Part shown: positions 1-8,945 of the stretch, one piece after another
How positions within the stretch are numbered: position 1 is the first letter of the stretch
How the letters are laid out: each line of letters opens with the position of its first letter
Source of the DNA: Mycobacteriales bacterium
GTDB taxonomy: Bacteria > Actinomycetota > Actinomycetes > JADGOV01
Length of the DNA stretch: 64,000 bases
Direction of reading: 5' to 3'
Assembly: GCA_038232055.1 (NCBI GenBank)
Contig: JBBSIN010000002.1
Location: forward strand, 11,240 to 75,239
Made by a program: the position numbers and the translations under genes
The notes under the pieces: generated by a model
The model's database searches: none
What the model saw: only the letters and a program-made list of their open reading frames with translations
What the model was told of the DNA's origin: nothing

Positions 1-32
1 CGGGATACGCGCTCCTCGGTCTGGGCGGTCAT
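1..32 (-). CDS. ABC transporter permease, 5' end only (LivM-like by position)
   Basis: ATG at 30-32 (minus) overlaps the TGA of the preceding permease gene (ATGA). Only about 10 codons (MTAQTEERVS) lie in the window. Identity is inferred from liv operon order only. Confidence 0.3.
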   Translation of the reverse strand, partial: MTAQTEERVS

Positions 33-955
33 GCCGACCGTCCCAGCCGTTCGCCGAGCAGACCGGTCGGCCGGAACATGAGCACGAGCACCAGGATGAG
101 GAACGCGATGACGTCGCGCCAGGCCGACTCCACGCAGGCGACGCCGAGGTTCTCGACGATGCCGAGGAGGAGCCCACCGAGCATCGCGCCGCGGATGTTG
201 CCGATCCCGCCGAGGACGGCGGCGGTGAACGCCTTCACCCCGGGAATGAAGCCCATGTTGTATTGCACATTGAAGGCGAGCCCGAAGAGGAAGCCGGCCG
301 CACCGCCGAGCAGACCACCGACGACGAAGGTCTGCGAGATGACCCGGTTGATGTCGACGCCCATGAGGCTCGCCGTGTCGGCATCCTGGGCGACCGCTCG
401 GATGCCCTGCCCCAGCTTCGTCTTCGCGACCAGTCGGTCGAGCAGGACCAGCATGATGAGGGCGGCGATGGCGATGACGATGTACGTCGTAAGCACCCGG
501 GCGCCGAACACGGTGAACACGGTGCCGTTGGTGTAAAGATTGGGCACCGGGATCGCCAGCCGCCCGAACTGCTTGCCGGCGAGGTTGAGCAGGAACAGCG
601 AGGCCCCGATGGCGCTGATGAGAAAGGCCAGCCGCGGTGCGTTGCGCCGGCGGAGTGGGCGGTAGGCGACCCGCTCGAGGAGGAACGCGACCACGCCGCC
701 GGCGAGCGCACCCATCACGGTGCCGGCCAGGACGAGCAGCACGGACTGGATGCCGTGCGGTGTCGTGGACCCGACCAGGAACTGCACGAGGAACAGGCCG
801 GCGAAACCGCCGCTCATGAACACCTCGCTGTGGGCGAAGTTGATGAGCTGGAGAACGCCGTAGACCAGGGTGTAGCCAAGCGCGATGAGCGCGTACAGGA
901 ACCCGTCAGCCAGCCCCGAGATGGCCAGGTTCCAGAAGTTGTTCGTGAAGCACAT
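29..955 (-). CDS. livH: branched-chain amino acid ABC transporter permease (LivH family)
   Basis: 308-aa multi-TM ORF with LivH-type stretches 'INFAHSEVFMSGGF' and 'GGIGNIRGAMLGGLLLGIVE'. It lies directly downstream of a Leu/Ile/Val-type binding protein gene. Confidence 0.9.
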   Translation of the reverse strand: MCFTNNFWNLAISGLADGFLYALIALGYTLVYGVLQLINFAHSEVFMSGGFAGLFLVQFLVGSTTPHGIQSVLLVLAGTVMGALAGGVVAFLLERVAYRPLRRRNAPRLAFLISAIGASLFLLNLAGKQFGRLAIPVPNLYTNGTVFTVFGARVLTTYIVIAIAALIMLVLLDRLVAKTKLGQGIRAVAQDADTASLMGVDINRVISQTFVVGGLLGGAAGFLFGLAFNVQYNMGFIPGVKAFTAAVLGGIGNIRGAMLGGLLLGIVENLGVACVESAWRDVIAFLILVLVLMFRPTGLLGERLGRSA

Positions 956-1043
956 GGGCGTCCTCGGGGCGCGGCGGGGGCGGCGGACATGCTAGACGGT
1001 CGGGCACCCTGCCCGGGTGCCCGACCGTCGATGTTGGGAGAAA

Positions 1044-2228
1044 CTACTTGACGAGGTCGGCCGTGGTGCCGAGTACCTCGATCTTGCCGCCCTTCACCTG
1101 GTAGATGAAGACGATCTTGCCCTCCACCTCACCGGTGGGCAGGAACTTCACCTGCTTGGTGATGCCCGGGAAGTCGATCGCCTTCACTGCGTCGTTGACC
1201 TTGGCGCGGGTCAGGTCCTTGCCGACCGACTTCATCGCCGCGATGACGGCGTTGGCGGAGTCGTAGGCCTCCGGCGAGTAGGTGCCGGGGTCGACGTTGT
1301 ACGCCGCCTTGTACGCCTTGGCGAAGTCCGCGGCCTTCGGGTCGACGGTGGCGTCGGCACAGGGGCAGGAGAACAGCGTGCCCTCCGCCTTGTCGGCGCC
1401 GGCCTGAATCACGTACTGCTGGTCCTTGTCGCCGTCACCACCCATCAGCTTGCCGGAGTAACCGGCCGCCTTCAGCGCCTTGGTGAACAGCGCGAACTCG
1501 GCGAAGTAGCCGCTGTAGTAGACGGTATCCGGGCTGGCGCCGGTAACCTTTTGCGCGATGGCCGAGTAGTCCTTGGTGGGCGCGATGCCCTCGTGGACCA
1601 CGGTCACGCCGGCGTTCTTCAGTGCGGGCTCCAGGATGCCGGACAGGCCGGCGCCGTACTCGCTCTTGTCGTCGACCGAGTAGACCTTCTTGGCCTGCAG
1701 GACCTTGGCGATGTAGCCGGCGGCCTCGGTGCCCTGTGCGCTGTCCGGCGGGACGATGCGGTAAAAGGTCTTGAAGCCCAAGCTGGTCAGCTGGTCGTTG
1801 GTAGCCGACGGGCTCACCGAGGCCATGGTCGCCTGGCTGAACAACGGCTCGCTGGCCTTTGTCGCGCCCGAGAATGCCGGGCCCACGACGGCCATGACCT
1901 GCGAGTCGCCGATGAGCTTTGTTGCGGCCGGCGGGCCTCCGTCGGGCGTGCCCTGGTCGTCGGAGTTGGTGTAGACCAGCGTGAACGGCAGGTCACCCTT
2001 GTCGTTCGCCTGCTTCACAGCGAGCTTCGCCGCGTTGTCCATGTTGATGCCCAGTTGGGCGTTGTCTCCCGACAGCGGACCCTGGTAGGCGAGCTTGAAC
2101 GTCGGCTTGCCGCCACCGCTACCGCTTCCGCTTCCGCTGTTGTCGTTGCTACTCCCGCCACAAGCGGCAAGCGCGAGCGCTCCGACCGCAAGCGGTCCGA
2201 CGAGCCGCAGTACGCGACGATTGATCAC
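1044..2228 (-). CDS. branched-chain amino acid ABC transporter substrate-binding lipoprotein
   Basis: Lipoprotein signal 'LAVGALALAAC-GGSS' and a type-I periplasmic binding protein body. Start moved to GTG at 2228, which sits behind a GAAGGA RBS; the ORF in the track extends to 2285. Confidence 0.85.
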   Translation of the reverse strand: MINRRVLRLVGPLAVGALALAACGGSSNDNSGSGSGSGGGKPTFKLAYQGPLSGDNAQLGINMDNAAKLAVKQANDKGDLPFTLVYTNSDDQGTPDGGPPAATKLIGDSQVMAVVGPAFSGATKASEPLFSQATMASVSPSATNDQLTSLGFKTFYRIVPPDSAQGTEAAGYIAKVLQAKKVYSVDDKSEYGAGLSGILEPALKNAGVTVVHEGIAPTKDYSAIAQKVTGASPDTVYYSGYFAEFALFTKALKAAGYSGKLMGGDGDKDQQYVIQAGADKAEGTLFSCPCADATVDPKAADFAKAYKAAYNVDPGTYSPEAYDSANAVIAAMKSVGKDLTRAKVNDAVKAIDFPGITKQVKFLPTGEVEGKIVFIYQVKGGKIEVLGTTADLVK

Positions 2229-2374
2229 GGCATCCTTCCCCAGTGCGACAACAGGTTGGCCCCTTGGGCCGACCACCGCAGGCACCTGCGGCGACAGAAA
2301 CGCTAGCGCAGGTGCCTCCCCTGTCGCGCGCGCCGCGCGGCGCTGTGACCGTTCCGTGATGTGACCCCGCCGAG

Positions 2375-3488
2375 TCAGGTGGGCGCGAGGACCGTCACCC
2401 GACCGCTACCGAGCGCCCGGGTGGCGACCGCGCCATCGCTGAGCCGCCAGGCCAGCAGCGCTCGCTGACCGCCGGACCGGAGTGCGGCCGCCACCACGCG
2501 CTCGCTATCGGACCACGCCACGACCTCCGGTCTTACCCCTGCCGGCAGGCGCAGGACGCGGAGGTCGGGCTCAGCGAGCGACACGGACAGCAGCACCGGG
2601 GCCGGTCCGGCGCCGGATGCCACCACGAGACGGCCGGCCAGGGCCAGTCGCGGATCGCCCACGCCGGTACCGCCTGCCCCGACGGCACCCTGGACCGACC
2701 ACAACGTCGGCGAGTCGAGGATCGCCACGATGTGCCGGTGTCCGCTTCGCTGCTGCTCGTCGTACAGCCGGCAGTAGTGCGGGCAACCCCCGCCGAGCCA
2801 GGAGACGTGGTTGCGGACAACGGCCAGCAGCCGGCCGGCCGCGGTGATGTGGCGCACCACCCGTCCGGTCCGCCGGTCGACCACATCCACCGGCCCCGCC
2901 CCCCCCGGTCGGCGCGGTGACGAAGCCGCCGGTCACCTCTCCACGAAGCCGGCCGAGGGGGGCGCGTAACGAGACGGCAGGACCGCGAACCCCGGCAGGC
3001 GAGTACGGCGTACCGCGGGTTCCGCGAGGCGTCCTGCGCAGTAGCCAGACCCCGCCATCCGCTGCCGGCACGACAGCGTCGGCACCCGCCAACCGCCGCA
3101 GCGTCCCACCGGACCCGACGGCGTACGCGGCTGATTTGCCGCCGGCAGTGCGAACGAGCAGGACGGCACCTCGTTCGCCTAGGACGGTCGCCGTCACCGC
3201 GACCCGTCGGGGAAGCCCGCCGACCTCGGCCGGTCCCGAGGGTCCGGGCGGAAGGTCAACCCGCACCAGCGAGTTCCCGCCCACCAGCATGCTGACCGAC
3301 ACGGGAGCCGCTCGCTGGTGCCTCCCGTTGTGCGTCGGCGACGCCGGAGAGGGGTCGGGCAGCGAGCGCAACGCGGCGAGCACGCTGACCGCGACGAGGC
3401 CCCCGGCGATCACCGCGAGCCGCACCCGGGAAAGGGCGGCCGGACCCGAGCGGAGAAGCTCGGGTTCGGCCGGCACGACACCCAGCAT
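2375..3488 (-). pseudogene. frameshifted membrane-anchored hypothetical protein (frame break in a G8/C8 run)
   Basis: ORF pieces 3488->~2900 and 2890->2375 are halves of one gene. The frame changes by 1 inside the C8 run at 2899-2906. With 7 G the sequence reads ...VTAPTGGAGPVDVVDRRTG... as one ~370-aa ORF. N-terminal TM anchor 'RLAVIAGGLVAVSVLAAL'. No family recognised. Confidence 0.6.
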
Positions 3489-3613
3489 GCGCGGTCCCGG
3501 TCGCCCGGTCAGCCAGCCGTGATCCGGCGTACGTGCGGCGGCCGCCCGCGACGCTGCGTAGGCTGTCGACCCGGCGGCCGAATCTAGACAGCTCAGCTGT
3601 AGCCACGGCACCC

Positions 3614-3687
3614 GCCCCGGTACTCCAACTGGCAGAGAGCATCGGCTCAAACCCGATGAGGTGTCGGTTCGAATCCGACCCGGGGCA
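3614..3687 (+). tRNA. tRNA with anticodon CAA (nominally Leu) but class-I architecture (5-nt variable loop)
   Basis: Hand-folded cloverleaf. Acceptor GCCCCGG/CCGGGGC; D arm CTCC-AACTGGCAG-AGAG; anticodon stem ATCGG/CCGAT with loop CTCAAAC; variable loop GAGGT; T arm GTCGG-TTCGAAT-CCGAC; discriminator A; no encoded CCA. Confidence 0.75.
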
Positions 3688-3763
3688 CTCGCACCGTAGC
3701 CGTCCGTATGCAGTAGCCGTCCGTGTGTGCAGAGCGCAGCCGCCGGCCAGTACCGTCCGACCT

Positions 3764-5419
3764 GTGCGCCTGGCCCTGCGAGTTTTCGGCCGCGTTGCCC
3801 GCAATGGCGCACTTGGCCGAGTCGTCACGGCGTACGCCCTGTTCATCCTGACCGAGTACGCCGTGTGGATCGCGATGCTGGTCTACGCGTATGGCAATGG
3901 TGGTGCCACTACCGCAGGCCTGGTCGCGCTGGCCCAGCTGCTGCCGGCGGCGGCCATCGCTCCGTTCGCCTCCACGGTGTCCGACCGGCGCTCGCCGGTT
4001 CGGCTGCTCGTCGGCGGTTACGTCCTCCAGGCGGTCGGCACGGCGGCGGCCGCGGTGGCGATCTTCCTGGACGCCGCTCCCTACCTCGCCTACCTGGGCG
4101 CGGTGCTGGCGGCGGCCGCGGTGTCCACCACTCGGCCGGCACAGGCCGCCCTGGTGCCGTCGCTGACTCGCGACGTCGAGGAGCTGACCGCCGCCAACGT
4201 GCTCCTCGGCTGGCTGGAGAGCCTGGGCATCGTGTTCGCCGGTGTGGGGACCGGGCTCATCCTGGCGCGAGGCAGCGTGGAGTACGTGTTCGCCGCCGCC
4301 GCGGTCCTGCTGGCCGGCGCCGGCTGGCTCGTGGTTGCCCTCCCCACACGGACGGCGGCCGGAGGCACCGCTACGGCGGGTGCGCTCCGCCACGTCGGCA
4401 GCGGGATCGCAGTGGTGCTCCGCAGCCGGCGAACCCGGCTACTGGTGGGGCTGCTCGGGGCGGAGTACGTCGTCGTCGGAGCGCTGGACCTGCTCTTCGT
4501 CGTGATGGCCATCGACGTCCTGGGTCTCGGGCCGGCGTGGACGGGCTATTTCAACACTGCCTACGGCGTCGGTGGGGTCTTCCTCGGCAGCCTCGCGGTT
4601 CTACTCGTCGGGCGCAGGCTCGGCCCGGTGATCGTGCTGACGGCGGTCCTCCTCGGTGTCGCGCTGGGCGCGACGGCGTTCGCCTCCGGCTCGGTCGCCG
4701 TGGTCGGGTTGCTGACCCTGGTGGGCGGTGGCCGGGCCCTGTTCGATGTGGCGACCCGCTCCTTGCTGCAGCGAGCAGTGCCGGCCGACATGGTGGCCCG
4801 GATCTTTGGGCTGGCGGAGGGACTCGCCATGGGTGGGCTTGCCGTGGGGTCGCTGCTGGCCCCTGCCCTGGTCGCCATGGGCGGGGGACGGTTCGCCCTG
4901 GCGGGTGTCGCGGCGGTCCTCCCGCTGGTGGTGGTGTTCCGTGGCCGGCTGCTCCTGCGCCTCGACCAGCATGCGCAGGTTCCCATCGTGGAGATCTCCC
5001 TGCTCCGATCGCTGCCCCTTTTCCACGATCTGCCTGCCCCGGCGCTCGAGGGTGTCGCCCGCGCGCTGGAGCGAGTCGACTACGCGTCGGGCACTGTGAT
5101 GATCAAGGAGGGCGACGATGGCGACCGCTACTACGCCATCGCCGATGGACATGTCGAGATCCGTCAACAGGGGCTCGGCATAGCGGTGCTCGGGCGCGGC
5201 CATGGGATGGGAGAGATCGCCCTTCTGCAGGGCGGGCGGCGTACCGCCACTGCGGTCGCGACGTCACCCGTGACGGCGTACGCGCTGGACCGGGAATCCT
5301 TTCTCGTCGCGGTCAACGGACATGCGCCAACGAGGCAAACGGCCACGGCGATCGCCTACACACTGCAGGAACGGGACGAGCGACGTGCTGCCGGGCACGA
5401 CGTGCCAGACCCCGAGTAA
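3764..5419 (+). CDS. MFS transporter with C-terminal cyclic-nucleotide-binding domain
   Basis: About 12 hydrophobic segments ('YALFILTEYAVWIAMLVYAY...'). The C-terminal ~130 aa are 'LFHDLPAPALEGVARALERVDYASGTVMIKEGDDGDRYYAIADGHVEI...GEIALLQGGRRTATAVA', a CAP/cNMP-type beta-barrel. Start set to GTG at 3764 (alternative 3725); the upstream part of the ORF overlaps the tRNA. Confidence 0.8.
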   Translation: MRLALRVFGRVARNGALGRVVTAYALFILTEYAVWIAMLVYAYGNGGATTAGLVALAQLLPAAAIAPFASTVSDRRSPVRLLVGGYVLQAVGTAAAAVAIFLDAAPYLAYLGAVLAAAAVSTTRPAQAALVPSLTRDVEELTAANVLLGWLESLGIVFAGVGTGLILARGSVEYVFAAAAVLLAGAGWLVVALPTRTAAGGTATAGALRHVGSGIAVVLRSRRTRLLVGLLGAEYVVVGALDLLFVVMAIDVLGLGPAWTGYFNTAYGVGGVFLGSLAVLLVGRRLGPVIVLTAVLLGVALGATAFASGSVAVVGLLTLVGGGRALFDVATRSLLQRAVPADMVARIFGLAEGLAMGGLAVGSLLAPALVAMGGGRFALAGVAAVLPLVVVFRGRLLLRLDQHAQVPIVEISLLRSLPLFHDLPAPALEGVARALERVDYASGTVMIKEGDDGDRYYAIADGHVEIRQQGLGIAVLGRGHGMGEIALLQGGRRTATAVATSPVTAYALDRESFLVAVNGHAPTRQTATAIAYTLQERDERRAAGHDVPDPE

Positions 5420-5466
5420 ATCGCTACGTTGCTCTCGACCAGCTTGCCCGAACGGTTGGGTGGACG

Positions 5467-7368
5467 ATGGCGGTGGCGCGCGACCCGCTGGCGATGCCTG
5501 CGCAGGAGATGCGGCGGGTCGGCTATGCCACTGTCGACGCACTTGTCCAGTTGCTCACCGATCGTCCACCGGTGATCCGGCAGGCCACCCCCGAGGAGAT
5601 GCGCCAGCGGCTCGGCGGACCGCCGCCCGAGGAAGCCGAAGGCTTCGACCGGACACTTGAGTCGGTGGTGTCGGACGTGCTGCCGTTTCGCAGCAACATT
5701 CACCACCCTGGCTACTTCGCCTACATTCCCGGCAGCAACACCTGGCCCGGCGCACTGGGCGACCTGGTCGCGAGCGCGATGAACCTCGACTGCGGCAACT
5801 GGATGGAGTCGGCGGGCCCGAGTCAGGTCGAGCTGCAGGTGCTCGACTGGTTCCGGGATTGGATCGGTTACCCCGAAGGGGCCGAGGGCGTCCTCGTGTC
5901 GGGCGGCTCCGCGGCAAACCTGACGGCACTGGCCTGCGCCCGCGAGTTGCGACTGGGGCCGATGACCGACCTGGCGGTCGCCTACTGCTCCGACCAGTCC
6001 CACTCCTCGATCTCCCGCGCGGCGCGGACCCTCGGGTTCCGACCCGACCAGCTGCACGTGCTACCGAGCGACGATCGTTACCGTTTGCGCCTCGACGCCC
6101 TGGTTGCCGCTGTGGAAAGCGACCGCCGAGCCGGTCGGATCCCACTGTTCGTCTCGGCCAACGCCGGCGCCACCAACACCGGGGTGATCGACCCCCTGCC
6201 AGAGCTGGCGGCGTACTGCACCGAGCAGGGCATCTGGTTGCACGTGGACGCCGCGTACGGCGGATTCGCCGTGCTGACCGAGGCCGGCCACAACCTGCTG
6301 CGCGGGCTCGAGCTGGCCGACTCCGTGACGCTCGACCCGCACAAGTGGCTGTACCAGCCGTTCGAGTGCGGCGCGCTCCTCGTGCGTGACCCGCGCGCGC
6401 TGGAGCGGGCCTTCTCGGTGACGCCCGACTACCTCGCGGACACCGAGGCCGGACTGGCAGAGACCAACTTCGCCGCCCGTGGCCTGCAGCTGACCCGTAC
6501 CAGCCGCGCGCTCAAGCTGTGGATGTCGCTGCGCGCGTTCGGGGTCGGCGCGTTTCGCGACGCGATCGAGCGCTGCTTCGCCTTGGCGGCGCAGGTAGAG
6601 CAGACGGTGCGCGACGACGACCGCTTGGAGCTGATGATGCCCGCCACCCTCGGCATTGTCTGCTTCCGACGTCGGCTCTCCGACTCCGAGCCGGAGAGCG
6701 AGATCGCCGCTCGCAACGCCGCTCTTGTGACGTCGCTGGCCGCTTCGGGCGTCGGAATGGTGTCGTCGACCCGGCTGCGCGGCAGGTACGCGATCCGGAT
6801 GTGTGTCCTCAACCACAGCAGCACGACCGACGACGTGCTACGGGTGCTCGAACACCTGGCAGCGGCCCCGGTTTCCGGTGCCTTCCCGGTTTCCGGTGCC
6901 TCCCCGGCGCTCGGCCTGGACGTGGAGCGCGCCCCGACGCGGGTCCCGCAACCACCCCCGGTCGGCACGGCGGGCCTGTGGACGCATCCGGTCCTGGTGG
7001 GGCTCTCGACTGCCGGACAGCGGCTGGTCGCGTCGAGTGGCCAGGAGGTCCAGGTGCCGGCCGGCGAAGTCGTCGTACGCCGATGGGCCGCCGACCGCGA
7101 CTTCTACGTCGTACTCGCCGGCCGCCTGCGAGTCGACGTCGACGGGACCGTTGCCCGGAGCCTGTCGGCCGGCGACTTCTTCGGCGAGCTGGCGGCGAGG
7201 GACTGGGGCTCGGGGTTCGGATACCCGCGCCTGGCCACCATCACGGTCGAGTCATCCGCCCGCCTCTGGCAGCTCCCGCCAGAGGTTTTCGGCCGCCTGC
7301 TGTCGACGGAGCCTGCATTCCAGGCCGCCGTAGAGCAGGCCGTTCGAGAGAGGCTGCCCGTCAGCTGA
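5467..7368 (+). CDS. group II PLP-dependent (aromatic amino acid-type) decarboxylase fused to a C-terminal cNMP-binding domain
   Basis: Motifs 'HHPGYFAYIPG', 'CSDQSHSSISRAA', 'NAGATNTGVIDPL', 'WLHVDAAYGGFA' and 'TLDPHKWLYQPFECG' (PLP lysine). The C-terminus 'DFYVVLAGRLRVDVDG..LSAGDFFGELAA...RLATITVESSARLWQL' is cNMP-binding-like. ATG at 5467; the upstream 580 codons of the track ORF are artefact. Confidence 0.85.
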   Translation: MAVARDPLAMPAQEMRRVGYATVDALVQLLTDRPPVIRQATPEEMRQRLGGPPPEEAEGFDRTLESVVSDVLPFRSNIHHPGYFAYIPGSNTWPGALGDLVASAMNLDCGNWMESAGPSQVELQVLDWFRDWIGYPEGAEGVLVSGGSAANLTALACARELRLGPMTDLAVAYCSDQSHSSISRAARTLGFRPDQLHVLPSDDRYRLRLDALVAAVESDRRAGRIPLFVSANAGATNTGVIDPLPELAAYCTEQGIWLHVDAAYGGFAVLTEAGHNLLRGLELADSVTLDPHKWLYQPFECGALLVRDPRALERAFSVTPDYLADTEAGLAETNFAARGLQLTRTSRALKLWMSLRAFGVGAFRDAIERCFALAAQVEQTVRDDDRLELMMPATLGIVCFRRRLSDSEPESEIAARNAALVTSLAASGVGMVSSTRLRGRYAIRMCVLNHSSTTDDVLRVLEHLAAAPVSGAFPVSGASPALGLDVERAPTRVPQPPPVGTAGLWTHPVLVGLSTAGQRLVASSGQEVQVPAGEVVVRRWAADRDFYVVLAGRLRVDVDGTVARSLSAGDFFGELAARDWGSGFGYPRLATITVESSARLWQLPPEVFGRLLSTEPAFQAAVEQAVRERLPVS

Positions 7369-7385
7369 GGCAGCACACTGGCCGG

Positions 7386-8702
7386 GTGAGCGCGATCACG
7401 ACCGGCCGGCTGCGCCGTACGCTTCGGCTGCTCTCACTGCCCGCCGGCGCGGCGACGTTGTCGTTGGAGGGACTGCTGCGGCGTACGGCTGGCCAGCCCT
7501 CCGACGAGGTTCGCCGTCTGCTGCGGGCCAGGAATGCCGCCCGTACGCGGCGCGTGCTCGGCGAGCTCAAGGGCGGTGCGCTGAAGGCTGGTCAGCTGCT
7601 CTCCACCGTCGAGGCACTCCTTCCGCCGGATCCGGAGTCGACCTGGCGGGAGACGTTGACCGCGCTGCAGGAGTCGAACGCGGCGTTGCCGTTCGAGCAG
7701 ATGGAACCGGTCCTGGTCCGGGAGCTCGGGGCCAACTGGCGTAGCTCGTTCCACTGGTTCGACGAGAGCCCCGCGGCGGCGGCCTCGATCGGGCAGGTGC
7801 ACCGGGGCGTATGGCGCGACGGCCGTGAGGTCGCGGTCAAGGTGCAGTACCCAGGAGTGCGAGAGGCGCTCGCCGCCGACGTCAGCGCGCTGTCGGTGAT
7901 GACCCGGCTGGCCAGCCTCGTTGCGCGCGGAATGGCCCTGCCACCCCTTGTGGCGGAGATGCGCGAGCGGCTCGCGGAGGAGCTCGACTACCAGCACGAG
8001 GCGCAGACGCAACGGCGCTTCGCGACCACGTTCCGCGGCGACCCGGAGGTGGCGATTCCGGAGGTGGTCCACGCGACGTCTCGGGTGCTCGTCATGGGAT
8101 GGCTCGACGGCACACCACTGGCTGCGGTGGGCAGCTCCGGCTCCCCGGCGGAACGGAACCGCGCGGGCACGCTCTACCAGCGGTTCCTGCTCTCCTGCCC
8201 GGCGCTGGCTGGGCTGCTGCACACCGACCCGCACCCGGGCAACTTCCGCATGCTGCCTGACGGTCGCCTCGGCGTGCTCGACTTCGGGTCGGCGCTGGAG
8301 ATGCCGAGCGGCATGCCCCCGACCTTCGGGCGGTTGATCAGCGCGCTGCTCTCCGGCGACGACGCCGACGTCCTGCGGCGCCTTGAGGCTGACGGTTTCG
8401 TCCGACCTGGCGCCGGCCTCGACGCGGGCAAGCTGCGTGACTACATGTCGCCGTTCACCGTGCCGGCGCGCCACGAGTGCTTCTCGTTCAGCCCGGCGTG
8501 GCTGCGCGGCGAGTTCGGCCGGGTCAACGACCCGCGCAACCCGGACTTCGCGGTGGCGCTGCAGCTCTCGATGCCGGCCGAACACCTCTTCACCCACCGG
8601 GTCTGGCTGGGCTGCGTCGGGGTCCTGTGCCAGCTCGAGGCGACCGTACCGATTCGTAGTGAGCTGATGCGCTGGCTCCCCGGCTTCACTGCTCCCGGGT
8701 AG
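7386..8702 (+). CDS. ABC1/UbiB (AarF) family atypical kinase
   Basis: 'AAASIGQVHRGVWRDGREVAVKVQYPGV', 'EELDYQHEAQTQRRF' and 'LHTDPHPGNFRMLPDGRLGVLDFG'. GTG start at 7386, 18 nt after the decarboxylase stop. Confidence 0.85.
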   Translation: MSAITTGRLRRTLRLLSLPAGAATLSLEGLLRRTAGQPSDEVRRLLRARNAARTRRVLGELKGGALKAGQLLSTVEALLPPDPESTWRETLTALQESNAALPFEQMEPVLVRELGANWRSSFHWFDESPAAAASIGQVHRGVWRDGREVAVKVQYPGVREALAADVSALSVMTRLASLVARGMALPPLVAEMRERLAEELDYQHEAQTQRRFATTFRGDPEVAIPEVVHATSRVLVMGWLDGTPLAAVGSSGSPAERNRAGTLYQRFLLSCPALAGLLHTDPHPGNFRMLPDGRLGVLDFGSALEMPSGMPPTFGRLISALLSGDDADVLRRLEADGFVRPGAGLDAGKLRDYMSPFTVPARHECFSFSPAWLRGEFGRVNDPRNPDFAVALQLSMPAEHLFTHRVWLGCVGVLCQLEATVPIRSELMRWLPGFTAPG

Positions 8703-8748
8703 CGCTGCTGCCTGCCTCGCTGCCCTCTCCGGGTTTCGCTGTGCATGC

Positions 8749-8784
8749 GGGTGATCGTGCGAGTGATCGTCCGAGTGATCGTCC
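8749..8784. repeat. 12-nt tandem repeat x3 (gRgtgatcgtSc) in intergenic DNA
   Basis: gggtgatcgtgc / gagtgatcgtcc / gagtgatcgtcc, read directly. Confidence 0.8.
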
Positions 8785-8901
8785 GAGGAGATTCGGTCCG
8801 GCCACCTGCGGAAACAGGGTGGAAGTCGCTCGGATAGGTCCTCGGGCAATCTTGGGGATGCCTGCCCCGGACACTGAAGGCTTTGAGCGTAGACGTGCAA
8901 A

Positions 8902-8934
8902 ACGGGACGGGCCGCAGGTTGCGGCCCGTCCCGT
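8902..8934. terminator. bidirectional hairpin terminator between convergent genes
   Basis: Perfect 14-bp stem acgggacgggccgc / gcggcccgtcccgt with loop aggtt. It lies between the ABC1 kinase (+) and DJ-1/PfpI (-) genes. Confidence 0.6.
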
Positions 8935-8945
8935 CCGGCGTCGAG

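Noticed and set aside
3578-3590. A shared 9-mer 'cgaatctag' upstream of the tRNA and just after the IS110 transposase stop (41817-41832).
   Set aside because: A single 9-mer match is within chance expectation for a 64-kb window, and there is no flanking similarity.
3727-5466. The first ~580 codons of the 1213-aa ORF 3727..7368.
   Set aside because: It overlaps the MFS gene in another frame and has an Arg/Gly/Pro-rich, low-complexity translation typical of off-frame reading of GC-rich DNA. The decarboxylase homology starts only at the ATG at 5467.
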